A DNA stretch of 64,000 nt, from assembly GCA_977030845.1 (NCBI GenBank), contig OZ365116.1, positions 18,786,001-18,850,000 on the forward strand. Direction: 5' to 3'. Below the pieces are notes generated by a model. The model was not told the DNA's origin and searched no databases. It worked only from the letters and a program-made list of their open reading frames with translations. The stretch comes from Fimbriosthenelais zetlandica (taxonomy: Eukaryota). Position numbers and translations under genes: made by a program. Position 1 is the stretch's first letter, and every line of letters begins with the position of its first letter. Shown one piece after another: positions 40,507 to 53,500 of this stretch.

Positions 40507-41386
40507 CTGAAAGGTCAAAAGAAGAATGCGTGAGTTTACGTAAATAAGTTGAGAAGAAACATGCGAACTGAGCCCAATTCATTATTGAATGTTTTCTCCG
40601 GATAACTTTAAGCTAATGCCGTGAGGAGCATTCTTAAGCTGAGGGCAACTAAATTTTGATGGTAAACATTTAAGTATTTGATAAATGTTTCTGGGATAAG
40701 CATTGATAGTTCATGCTTCCGTGGCACTATAAGACTATGTGTTATACAATTACAGGGTCAGACATTCATACGAAAATTCCAAGATGCATATATAAAATAA
40801 TTCCTTAATGCTTTAAATACGCATTGTAACATAAATAACATTTGAGAATAATATCCAAAGCAATTTTCTGACACCGATTGAAAGGATCAAATGAAATAAT
40901 GTGATCATAATTACGTAAAATAATGATAATCAATGATAATTACCATTATTTAAAATGGAATATCATCAATCATGTGTTCTTGATTAACTAGGTTGTGCAT
41001 GATAAATATCTATGTGGTAGCGGTAAGTCATTTGTTCCTTTCAGTAAACAATACCATTGATTAGTATCTTTGAGTCATTTGTACTTTTCAGGAATGCTGA
41101 TGGCGTCAATGTGGGGTAATAAGCACATGAGTATGTTAGTGTGGATTAGTACAGACCTGCAGTGACAGGTGGGGCAGACACTGAGGTGATGAGGGGTCGA
41201 TGATCGGAGGAGGAGGAAGGGGGAGGGCTGAGAGAATAGGATGGTGTTAGTCTTAATCAAATAGTTGCATCATTCATTAAAGATTCTGGGACAGAAATAA
41301 GCCCGACACCACGCTACAGGTCTATAGTTAATTGACTTTGGCCCAAGACAAGTTGTAATTAACCGTGTTACAAGGAGGATGCCTAC

Positions 41387-41479
41387 CTGCTTTTACGCTC
41401 GAGTATGATTGAGACATAGCAGGCTAGTAATGCAGGCCCGAGACCAGTAGTAAAGAAATTTGACTGACCAGTGGCCTTT
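41387..41479 (-). CDS. TMEM135: TMEM135 coding exon 3 (93 nt): KATGQSNFFTTGLGPALLACYVSIILERKS(R)
   Basis: Acceptor gtgtcttcctacag|A, donor CAG|gtaggc, phase 2-2, in frame with exon 2. Matches human ..AALPASYVAILIERKSR. Confidence 0.94.
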
Positions 41480-42560
41480 CTGTAGGAAGACACAAAGGAA
41501 AATACCTCAGTCATGTTTAAAATTAAGATTTCCTTTTTCTTTTGTCCCTGTGTGAGAGGTCTGTTCTACAAAAGCAGTGAGGATCATGTTTGGTACAGTC
41601 ATCGCTCTGTTCTGTAATGTGAATTGCTTGAGAAAACTGAAGAACTAAATAGAAATGTTAAAGTAAGGTAATTGAGGAGAAATAAAGATTGACGAGACAC
41701 CTGTGAGGAGCTAAAAACAGACAAAATCATGACAACATCAAACTGGTCGTTGATATGAGAAGTGAGCATCTCGCTCTTCTCTATGTTACTGACGGGCGGG
41801 GTAGTTAGTCTCAACCATTCTCGTGCAAGAGAAAGCTTTATACATTAATGAAAGATAATCACGACAATACAAAGCTGACTGGAAAATTGAAATCAAATCC
41901 CATATATGCATGACTTATTGACTGATGCTATTAATTTGGTTAAGCATTAATATTTTCCAATCAGCTCACTGCCTGAAAACCACCAGACGCACTAGACATA
42001 CAGACAAAGGTCACTACAAAATAGAAGCATTTAAAAATGTAAAAGCTCTTAATATGGGAATAAGTCTGGTTGTCCCACGCCTAGTCTTTACCTGTCCTTT
42101 CTCTCAAATGACATTGCTAATGCACATGATGGTATACCGCAAAGGAGGACATTGAAGAAACAATACACTCCTGTCAGTTGACTGAAATGACAATGAATAG
42201 GGCAGAGCAATCTACACTGAAAAACTAAATACTTTACTCTGAGAACGTAGAATGTTACTGGATATCCTGAACACTAAAGCTTGATATATTCATTAATCCG
42301 TCAACAGTAGAAGTTACATTTTAAAATGTAATATTTATAAGTTTTAAAAGGGACACACGAAGTAAAATCAGATTTGTCATTTGCAGATTTGACATTTTAA
42401 ATAAAATAGTGCAGGTAGGCAAGGACATGGAATCCAATGTTTATTTAAATTTAAGGCACACATTTTAATGTTGATCAATCTGAAACACTCTGAAAATTAC
42501 AAACAATTCATAGTAGAATGAATGAACCGATTATTTCATAGACCTAGAACTGAAACTCAC

Positions 42561-42688
42561 CGCCACAGACAGAAGGATCCGATGAAGGAGAATGCATTCG
42601 TACCAAGGAAGACAGTTGACTGTAAAATCTCAGGAAGTAGCTTTTTCTTGTAGTATTCTTTGTTCTTTTTCCTTAATATGGCAGCAAT
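42561..42688 (-). CDS. TMEM135: TMEM135 coding exon 2 (128 nt): [42 protein letters not shown](R)
   Basis: Acceptor tttttcttttacag|ATT, donor GCG|gtgagt. Matches human [32 protein letters not shown]..FCILR. Confidence 0.95.
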
Positions 42689-43169
42689 CTGTAAAAGAAA
42701 AAGTTAAAAAAGGTCAATGACAACTGTACGGTATTATGAGCATAACAAAATGTTTATCGAAACACCTTTCAACAAAAACAGGAGGCCAAACAAAAGTATA
42801 GAGTATATACATGATAGGTCAATTCCAATACACAAATAGGCCTGCATGGTCTATGACTATGGAATGTAGGCCTCCCATAGATATAGAATAGATATCATAC
42901 CGTTATGAAACTGGGTCAAAGTCCAAGTAAGTATACAAGAAATATAGAGACCAAAACACCCCAACTGTCTGCTTCATGAGACTTAAAACAACAGGAACAT
43001 AGTGTCACATCTGTCCATGCATGACAAGGGATAATATAACGAGATAACAGGCAGGGAAAAGTGACCAAACCAGTGAGTGGACACGCCTTCCCCCATACAG
43101 TGAATGTAGGTGAGGCACGGAGGGGGACTCCAACTTTGAAGACACGACACTAAGATACTGACTACCTAC

Positions 43170-43310
43170 CAGATAGACTGATGAGTAAATTTTGAAACTC
43201 TCTTTCATGCCATGTAATGCAACATCCAAGACGGCTTTAAGGCACGATGGTTCCCATGTATGGCCCAGTTCATAACAGGAACAGTGAAGGATTTTGCTGT
43301 AGGCCGCCAT
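43170..43310 (-). CDS. TMEM135: TMEM135 coding exon 1 (141 nt): MAAYSKILHCSCYELGHTWEPSCLKAVLDVALHGMKESFKIYSSVYL
   Basis: Strong similarity to human TMEM135 N-terminus ([23 protein letters not shown]...ESLKIYAPLYL). Start context gccaacATGG; donor CTG|gtaggt; phase 0. Confidence 0.95.
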
Positions 43311-43440
43311 GTTGGCATGCTGCGGAACACCACAACATTGATTTTCAGCCAATCAGCAGCCAGTATTCTATTCACTGCAGCACTACGATTCCTACCACGC
43401 TTTCCCGCGCAGATACAAACTCACATGGACTTGGAAGTGA
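43302..43440 (-). promoter_or_regulatory. Putative TMEM135 proximal promoter / 5' region
   Basis: YY1-type motif overlapping the start codon (CAACATGGCGGC on minus), CCAAT box agccaatca at 43347-43355, and an ETS-like GGAAGTG near 43434. Typical of housekeeping promoters. The TSS cannot be determined from sequence. Confidence 0.45.
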
Positions 43441-44448
43441 ACAGAGAGCCTACCAGATGATGGCAAATGGTGGCAGAAACAAGTGATGACAGGACAGAGT
43501 CAAGACAATCAAAGAATATCAGTGTTTAAGCTTAGTTCCTTCAAGCAGCAGTAGGTTCTTTGCCTGGTTTAAAGATTTGTAGGCTGTCTTGTAAATAGCC
43601 AGAGCCTATCCCCTTCCAGGAATGAACCACAGACTGGTAAATCACAATTATAGGCCTAGGAATTATTATTTTAATCTATATAAAATATAATTAATAGGCT
43701 ACATTGGTATTTAACATTTAGGATTGGGTTCTATAGGTCCTAGAGTTTTCAAAAAGGTATAAATAGCATTTATAACTTCAATCCGAATAATTAAAAAAAG
43801 ATAGGGCCTCTGTAAGTCGTTGATTTAATTTAATCTATTAGGGGCCTATATAGGCATAGGTCAACCGATACGCCGACGAGAGGAGGTGGTAAAGTGTCGA
43901 TTCACTCCAAGTCCTACACAAGCCGGTACAAACGACGTGGTGTTTTGTTTAACTTTAAGATGGACGGGAAAACAAACAAGTTAGCTCTCGCAGGGAGGGC
44001 ACCAAGGAAGGAAAGGCACACTTTACCGCGTACAGGCATTGCTTCTGACATATACCGGCATATAATATGGATCTTATGTTCCATTAGTGATAAACACCAG
44101 CTCCCCTAAATAAGATTAAAGCTCTCAGATCTTTGCAAAAGTCACGTCTCTGCATAAACAAGAATGACACTTTCATTTTTGTTTCTATAAGCATAATCAG
44201 GCCATAGGCTTAAGATTACTCAATCTTTGGGGACATAGGGCCTAAATTTCCAGATGAGTTCGTTTCATCTGGATTAAGTTCATGCCACAGTCCGAATCAA
44301 ATACAATGTTAATGCACACAACAAACTATACACTTTCTATGTCAAATATACACAGAGATGATTAATTTACTACACTGTTCTCCGTCAAATATGCCCTCTT
44401 GTCCTAGTTTTTGAGGAGATCCCCCTGCCCCCCTTCGGCGCGCGGTCT

Positions 44449-44511
44449 GCCCTTTGATGTGCCGTCGGCGCCCTTTGAACTCCTGTCGGTGTCTTTGATG
44501 TTTGCCTGTGG
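44449..44511 (+). repeat. Degenerate 3 x 21-bp tandem array, each unit containing a TCF/LEF-type CTTTGAW site
   Basis: Units gccctttgatgtgccgtcggc / gccctttgaactcctgtcggt / gtctttgatgtttgcctgtgg. Confidence 0.75.
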
Positions 44512-47500
44512 TGATGCTGAGCCAGAATCGGCCCTATCTCCCCGGGCTTCACCGACTCTCCTCTACCTAGGCCCCATTTTTTAAAACCAGCGTAGGCCTA
44601 CAGATATGGAATTGGGGATAATTCATGTAAATTACTCATTATGGGTATATTTACGTCACTACAGACAAATTTCTTGGTACTGAGAAACAAATTCGAATGA
44701 GTTTTAGGCCCAGCTGTCACTAGGCTAAACTGCAAGGCAGGGAATTATTTCTTATTCTCCCACACATTCTCTAGTAACCCTAGAAGTGATTTAGGAACTT
44801 TAGAACAGACTACAAAATGTACTTTAACCAATTGTCTGTGTGGCTAGGTCGTCAGGTGTGTAGCCTCAGGAGCAGAGAGACAGTTGTACGATCTTTATGA
44901 CCTGACTTCCTAAGTACAAAGCAGGAAGATAGGACATGCAGATAGTAATGTAGATAAGCTCTGTTATCCCAGATCTATAATGCACGAATGAGGTCCAATG
45001 TATAAATGACATTGCACATATTATTGAGAAAGATACATGGACTAGTCTTAAATTTGTAAACATAGTGTTTAAAACTTAAAAGATCCAGGCCTAATTCTGT
45101 CCCCTATAATCTGACATAACTCAATCAGGGAGCAAATCAAATCAGTTTCAGTTCACTCCCTCTATGTCCAAATCCCTCCACTCACACTAAACTGATTAGA
45201 ACCTCATTGTATTTCATTCAGACCCCGTGTGGACAGGGACCTTATTGGTCTGTTTCAAATGCACAATACGAGGACAGAATGGGTGCTCAGAATGCCCCCT
45301 GTCAACCAATATGTGTCCAGCTGATCGATTCATAAACGTCCGCCACCATTTGTAACCCGCCCTTGATTCGGCCCAGACAGGTCGTTGTTATTGTCATTTA
45401 GGTCAGGGATCGACGGGGTGGAATAATCTCATAAGTTGGTAGAGAAAGGCACTGGTTTGCATCAATGCTCAGAGCACTGTTCATGTGCATGCTTCTGTGC
45501 AATCCTTCCAATGTGATTGAGGAAAATCTACAGGAAATCCTGGATAATTCTCGTCTAAATTAGATGGGATTTGATATGACTAAACCCACTAAATCACTAG
45601 TTGTCCAAATGCAGTATATAATGCTTTGGTATAATTAAGTGACTTATGAATACATCCTTTGGCCTTTTTTTTATTCATATCATGAAGGAAATTGCTGTTT
45701 CCTGTCAGTGACGTATTATGTTGAAAATGGTATAGCATCCGTTGTCAATTTGTCTGGGTAACTTTTTCACTCTGTTGGAGAGTTTTATATGACAATAATA
45801 TAATATAGATTTATTTTTTAATTCTTCCTCAGTGCGTATGTTATTAACAATACCATATAAATCCTGAGATAATAAGCATATTCGACAATATAAGTACGGA
45901 GTAGGACACAAGTGGTCGTTTCCCATGACTTGCTCCTAAAATCTCATTATGGGAACTGGACCCAGAAAAATAGATATGAACTCCATAACTAGATCCTACT
46001 CGTGTCTTGGTGTAATTTTAGGAAGGAACGTTTAAGAATATTGTCATCATGGCAGGACATTATGAGTGAGATAGGAGTGGCTGTTTTTCATCACGTGCGG
46101 GTGAATTGCACTTAATGTACATGTAGAAGGCACATTACTGATATAATGGTATTCATGCAGGTCATGCTTATCTGTCAATCATGGAAAGACTAGAGATCTG
46201 TGAGACAAAAACATTGAAAGTTACTTGTATTCCTCTCATCCAGTGTAATGGTATAAAGATGTATAATTAATAGGACCCATCAAGTCTGAAGTGGTTTACT
46301 CAGGACGTGAGTAATAGCCGTCTTCATTATTTCTATATTGGTGGGACCTAATTACCAGTCTTTTTCCATCATGATTTACTGACATTGACATTTCCCCGTG
46401 CTCAGGGCACATGATGATGAAAATGATACGTACAATCATTATCTATCATGTCAGGACCTCTTACCTCTCCTACATCACATGTACTTTGCATATCATTTAA
46501 GATTTGAACATCCGATTTTATTGGACTTAAAACAGGCTGGCGAAAAGGGAGTGGTGGTGCACTGATTTAAATCATACAAATTTGCGACCACTTTGAAATG
46601 TGATCGGGAGAAGTTTGGGGTGCTGTTCAGGGCTGGATGATTGTGCACCATTGCCTGTTTAACATATGAATGAGGCTGGAGGTATAGGGTCACCAAGTGG
46701 TCTACACAGTATGTATACATGTACTGGAGTTTACCACCAACTTTCCTCCACCCCCGGCTCCACCTCACCCCTCCTCACTGTGCTTTTAAGGAACTGATTC
46801 CCAAGCGAAGACAAACTTTGTACTAAAGAGCAAGAAGAATGGAGGGGGAAGGACTGGGGCTATCATAGCACAGGGTAAATACTGGCCACCCCGAGGTCTT
46901 GTCAATGTTGACAGGGTGGAGGGAATGTGTGAGTGGAACAGGTACTGGGCCCCCCGGGGATGATTTCAAAGACGAAAATCACAGTTTATAGGCCTTTAGT
47001 TTGATACGGTTATAACATAGACCTGATGAGAAAAAATAAACTAACGTTCAAAGTCCCAATTATAAGTAAAGCTTCTTATGCATGGTGGGTAGGAATTCTT
47101 GAATGTCTATGATTTAGTGATCGCTATTATATATTTGATGAGACGCACCCTCGGACTGAGCCCTCCACCGCGCAATCTCTGATTTAGACCAGAAAGTAGA
47201 GGCACATACAGGTGGAGGGTAATTAAGCACCACTCAAGTGGGATAAATTTCTTCCCTGAAAAGAGCCCAACATCATAACCATATGATGTGGATGAGGGGA
47301 TTGCTTTTACCAAGAAAAATGTATGAACTTCTTAATGCATCTCTATAATGACATGAACGATTCGTTTACAAAGCCAGAATTAATGCATTAAACCATTATA
47401 CCTATAGCCCATCCGAACATCCTGCTATTCACGTGGAAGGGAATAATGCAGATCATAGAGGGAGTCATTTCAATTACCCGTCCAATGTGCATAGAGAAAT

Positions 47501-50500
47501 ACACAATGAACTCATCTTTTTCCGCCCACGGAATTACACACGTGTAAGCTCGAAACATTCACTCGAATACAAAGGGGATTCACAGTTGTCTAATTTGTCC
47601 ATTGGTTCAGCATATGTATGATATGTGTACAGAGCCATGACTGTCAGTCAGAATGACTGGTTTTTTGCCTTAATAGCTTTGGTCGTTTGGTTTCTAATAG
47701 CTTCTAAGAAGACCAATCACAGCACATGGCTCTTGTTGTTAAGACCCCTGCTCATCTATTTTCCGCGTCCCCCAGAAGAACGTGTAGAAATCTTATAGGG
47801 GGTGAATATTCACATTATCTGTCTATGTATAGGGGAAGGGCCCTGTATTTGAGAGCAGTAAATTGAACACAAATGATTTCTCACAGTCACAATAACTACC
47901 AGAGGGTCAACAATATTTCACACACAAAATTACACACAAAGAAACAGCATTTTCCTTTTCAGGACCATATGTGAAATTCTTCATTACAAGAACCGTGCGT
48001 AACAGAGACGAGAGGGGCATTTGACAGTTTAAATGGGTTCTGGAGAGGGAAATGAAAGGAGAGTCTGCAACGAAAATTACACCTGTGCTATATAGTTTCC
48101 CTTTATGTACTTTACCATTATTCCCAGGGCTTCCCCAGAAACCCTACCCAGTCCACCCACAAATCCCACCCGAGGGCAAATCCCAGGGAATATCATTGTC
48201 AAACAAAACATATTATTGCAACCTTTATCTGGAGTAGCCCCTGAACTTATTGACAATCCCGACCTGGATATGATTTGTTATGGCATGTATTAGTTAGCTC
48301 AAGGCACCTGCAACCGTGGACGTTCAAGCTTGCCCAAGCGTGCCCACTCAGTGTACATGGGACTTTCAAAGGATCATTTGTATTTTTATTTCATCTTATT
48401 GGCCATTTTCACCCATTTCTTTCCTCTCCCTTGACAACCTGGGTGACCGTTTTTACACGTTTGCCTCAATAGAAGAAACTTAGGAGGACAACACATTTTC
48501 CACCAGCAGTTTGTAAAAACATGACAATCATTAGATAACACTACTACTGCAGGATCAGCGTTGCATAATTATGACAATTCTGTCATGTTAAACAGGGTTA
48601 AAGATAATGAATCAACACACAATGTAGATCCCAGAATCTAGATACAATGTTGCATAAGTCAACAAATGACTAACTTAATCATAAAGGGATAAAAAAAACT
48701 GGGCTTCCCCTAAACACGAATACAGCAGAAATACTAGAGAAAAAGATGTTTAAGAAATCAAGACATCAATTTGACCTTTCAATGATACCGTATGACGGTT
48801 ATAACTCATTATAAAGATGAAATAATGAAGGTCTTCTCGTCATTAATTTAATCGAAGATCTGCACGTCCTAAGCATAGAATAAATCAAGATAACAAAATG
48901 ATCCATTGACCCAAATACTCCCCATGATAATGTATTTATCCATCGTTTCCCTTCTTCACATTCCACCTATCAACCGATTTGCTAATTTGTCATCATTTGG
49001 AGAAGCAACATGCATTTTTTTTTTTACTATTTGCCAACGTATATTCTTATCGGACACGACCATCATGCTGTCCTCAACCAGCAGTTGTTCTACGAGGACG
49101 CAATACCGCCAGATAATGACTCTAAACAAGGCACAAGATTGGAAGAGAAAAGAAAAAAACATTGTGTCCTTTGACGTTTGCGTGCCTAGCAGCAATATTT
49201 TGCATAGCTTCATCTGACAGAAGTTTTCTGAAACGAACTATTATATAGAGGCATGGAAATGAACCATAAGACAAGAATAAAGATGAGAACCGAAATATGA
49301 GCATAAAGTCAACAATAGTCCGATACAAGGAGTCATACAGGCAGACGTATACATAAATCACTTGTACTTGGTACCCAAAACATCGAGGGTAAGAACTACA
49401 GATAACCCAGCTAGAGATATCAATTGCCTTGTTGGTTATCTATAAGTAACAGTCCTGTCAAAACCCTCATTGATTGAGAGACTTTTCTATGTCATTTTAT
49501 TTCCTTAGGCAGATGGATTTTCTGATTAGAAGACACTGCCCTTCAGTATATCGACGATACCATGACTTGTTTGTTCAATTCTTGATGTCAATGTATATTA
49601 ATTAGAGCAGTATATGATAGAGAAAGGATAAGATTAATATTCTTATTATCCACTGCACCTATCGTTATCTTAGCATAACTGATATGTAATAGACTAAAGG
49701 TATTATTCAAAACTAGAAATTGGGGAATGTTCAACCTCTATGCCTTATCATGTTCTACAAATTCCTTTTTGATCCTTAAAGCAATTTATAAGAATCTTAT
49801 GGTTCGGTATGGCGGGATTCCTTTTTATTGAAAATCAATGCGTTCCAATTAATTTTAACACAGATAATGCAACAAGAGATATGAAGGATTTGATTGGAAA
49901 ATCGTTGCAAGTAAATGATTGAGTAAGAGAGATTATGCTCCCATGCACTTTTTCCCGGGGGTAACTTCATGGATCCCATTTCTATAGGGTCATTAAATAA
50001 AGATTAAACCATCCACTTCATTGTTTGCAGCCACACAAACAAATGATTGAATGATGCCAACCAGAAAACTCATTCCTGTGATAAGAATTCACTTGGAAAG
50101 AAGTGAAAAAAGGGAATAAGGAAAAGTGTAGCAAGCCGCTCGGGATATTGACATTCAATCATGGGGCAGAATGGGACATGCAATTGTATAGAGAAGTGCC
50201 CAGTCATTCAGCAAACAAGTGTGAGTGAGCGTAACTATTGCAAGCTACAAAAGTATCCATCTCTCCATCAGAGGCAATTGCAGCAGACCAAGAGATGCAA
50301 GCAATCAAATGTGACGCCATAAACTGGCTTCACGATTGGGAGCCACTCTTACAGTGAATACCCAGCATGCAATTCTCTGCTCACAAAAAGGAGTTTGATT
50401 TTCCCTTCTCAATATTTCACACGGAGAAACATAAAAATGCCATTGTCCCTTTGGCTTTTCTTCCACTCGTAACGAGGCTCGTGTTTCAAATGCTTTATTT

Positions 50501-53500
50501 CTACTTGTTTGCACTTGGTGTCGTAAGGAGTATGCCATTATCCAATTATGAAACCAATGCTTTTGTTTGAGGCTTCAACAATGCAGGAAGGACTCTGGCT
50601 TCCATTGCCTGATTCATTATTCTCTCAACACTTGTCCTGTGACTTCAGGGGTAAAGTATAGGGCTCCACATATTATTGAGTAGAATAATCGGCCAGCTTA
50701 TCTACTTATCTCATTTTCCTCCTAGTTTCAGCACATGTAGAATATGTGTCAATGAGTGGAGACGGAGCTATTGTTAGCCACCTTGCTACATTACTGACCC
50801 CCTTTATCTGTGCTTATCAGCGTTAAATGGATCTGAGGTCCGCACTGACGCGTACATATCATTCCACCTTCCCATCACCATACTGTTACACAAGTATTAG
50901 AGGTGAACTCACTGAAGAAGATCTCACACAAAAATCAAGACGAGAACATCAGAAGGAACCGACAACTAAAAGGTGTTGACTATGATAGACGTATTGGACA
51001 AATAGGTCATAAGGCATTGTGTCTTTACGTTCCAATCTTCTCACAATTCATCTAAAGGAGGAAGCTGGGTAGAAAAAGATGATTTCTTAATGTATACTAC
51101 ACGTCAGACCTCTATGACAATGCTTCGTCTCTTCATTGAAGCCGTGAAGGGTGTTTCTATTTGGATTACATTTTAGCGAGTAGGCCCCCGGGGCTTCTCC
51201 CAAAAGAAAACATGATCAAAGGACACCGCCTATATGTCGTACTGTAACTTTTATCGCCAGTCCTAACAGGGAGGTCACCGTTGGGGCGATATTTCCCGAC
51301 ATTTTCCGCTGATAAGATTTGTCAGTATTTGATTAATGCCTCGTCCGACCAGGTGAGTCAATGGAATCGGACATGTAGCCTCCTTAAACTTATCCCAGTT
51401 GACTGATAGGCAAACATTGGTGCCGAGGCCGAGATAATTGATAATATGGCCTCCACATCTGCGGGATATGAACCTTGGACGCTAACACATCCACGTTAGA
51501 CAAATACCTGGCCAAGTATAGGAATAAACAGTACACTATAGTCTTTCTGTTCCCTGGGTGAGGTCCGCTTTTGAGATATATCTCCAATCAACCTCAATCA
51601 TGCAACGACCTCAATTTCCCTGAATTTCCAATTAAAATTTCTAATTTTTAATTATGATTTTTTACCTCGATATGACCCAGATATGGAAGAAGGACCGAGG
51701 TAAAAAAGATGTGGAGCCATGATGAGATTAGTGGGCTTGTTATGAGAGTTAACCATACATGTGTATGAGGGTGAGTGTTGGTGAGAGAGGTCGTGTCATG
51801 ATTAATACCATCCTCAGCCATATGTCCGTTAATTGATTGTGGGTCAGGACGCCAAGCACAATGATGATGATGTCATTTTTTGTCCATCTACAGACAAAAA
51901 ATGGACAATTGCGCCTCTGTGTGGTTAAAATCAAACATGGCGTGTGTGATGGCCGTGTATGCATATGGCCATGAGTAGCGGAAGGGGAGACAGGGGGAAT
52001 GGGAAGGGAAGAGGAATGAGAAATATTTGTTATCAGCTGCGATTAATAACAATGGAGAGTAATCCGGATGTTGATTCAGAGCAATATTTTTCATTGTTGC
52101 TTGCATTTCTAATGTTTCACGGGAATATGATCCTGTAGATACATGATCAACTAGAATGGTTGAGGCAAATTTTAGGGAACCACCCTCTCCTTCATCTCTC
52201 CTGTTCAAGGTTCTTGAAAGGGAACTTTGTTGTGGATGTTCCTGCCCCCAAAAATATTGATGTTCATAACAATCATTTAAAGCAATACATTATATGAAGG
52301 TGACAGAGGGCTCTAAAAGGGTATAATGCCTGCCTATATACCTATATACGCAGGGCCTTACTTTCTCACCAATTAAAGTGTGCCTCAGGGCCTCACTTTG
52401 CGCTTGAACGTTCAGAGTTATTCGAGCATGAGCACTAGCCCCTGGCTTTGTCTCATCGCCCAAAATGTCGTTGGCTTTCAGTCCTTTCAAGAAATTGTCG
52501 TCTGCTGGTTTCCTTCTTTCATACAACAAGACGCGAGTTTCTATAAAGCTTCAGGGTCCTGTCCCAGATATCTCAAGATGAGGTGAAAGTATGTTTCTTT
52601 TCTTTAGGAATATATATTGCAGTCACCTTAGCAAAACAATTTTCTTCACAAAAAGTGTTCTCAAAAAGTTATGAAGCCTTGGACGGTTTATGGTCTAAGG
52701 GCTTTAACTTGCCTCCGTGTAGTTAGAAGTGAGTACCATAGAGGCAAGCTTGTTTGTTTGCCTCATTACCCTTTGTAGCACTATCAGGTATTTGCTGACA
52801 ACCCTCCACTCCTACATGCAGTCACAAAAGGGCCGTCTATTTCACCCTTGTGAAAGATGGAAAATGAATATCCCCTTTTGTTAAAGGAGACCTAATTGGT
52901 ACTCTAACTCATAATGGTTTTTTGATTAACACTAAACATGTGAACCATCTAATTTGGACTCCACATGAACCACCCAGCCCCGCGCCTCTCTCACTCATGA
53001 CTGTTCTTCCAAGTCGATGAAGCAGAAAGTAGGATTCCTTCCTTTTAGAGTGGGACCTTTTTGTAATGGGAGGCATGCACAATGATAGAGATAACTCAAC
53101 AAAGGTCGGCTCCCCACCACATAGGATTCTTTCTTTTGACCCTTCTCTACCCTTGAGTCCTGATTTTCCGGGTGAAAAGGCTTGTGACACTCTGGTCCAT
53201 TCTATTTACCACTGGTGAAATGCTGCCCTAAGGGCAGGATCAGTCAATCCTGAAATCACTGCGCAGAGAATTTAATGGACTGCATTGTTCATACAGAATA
53301 TAAATATGATTGTCTATTATATAATTCATATAAGTTCCCATATATTGCGATAAGAGGAGTGTATGCAGAATGATTAGACCCAGTAAAACTGTTCAGATAG
53401 TTTAACGCCTATATATTGAGTAAGTTAAACTTAAACCCAGTCCTACCACATGAAGATTTGATGGCGTGATTGATGAGATTCCTAGAATGCTGGCATTTAG

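Noticed and set aside
42314-42331. 18-bp AT-rich palindrome TTACATTTTAAAATGTAA (and a similar hairpin near 57880-57918)
   Set aside because: About one such AT-rich palindrome is expected by chance.
43005-43486. Three overlapping ORF-track ORFs at the TMEM135 start
   Set aside because: Only 43310-43170 (minus) is homologous and bounded by a donor. The TTG extension, the intronic read-through and the plus-strand ORFs are shadows.
49010-49174. ~54-aa ORF ending KRKKHCVL, suggesting prenylation
   Set aside because: The cysteine is at -3 rather than the CaaX -4 position, and there is no acceptor or homology.
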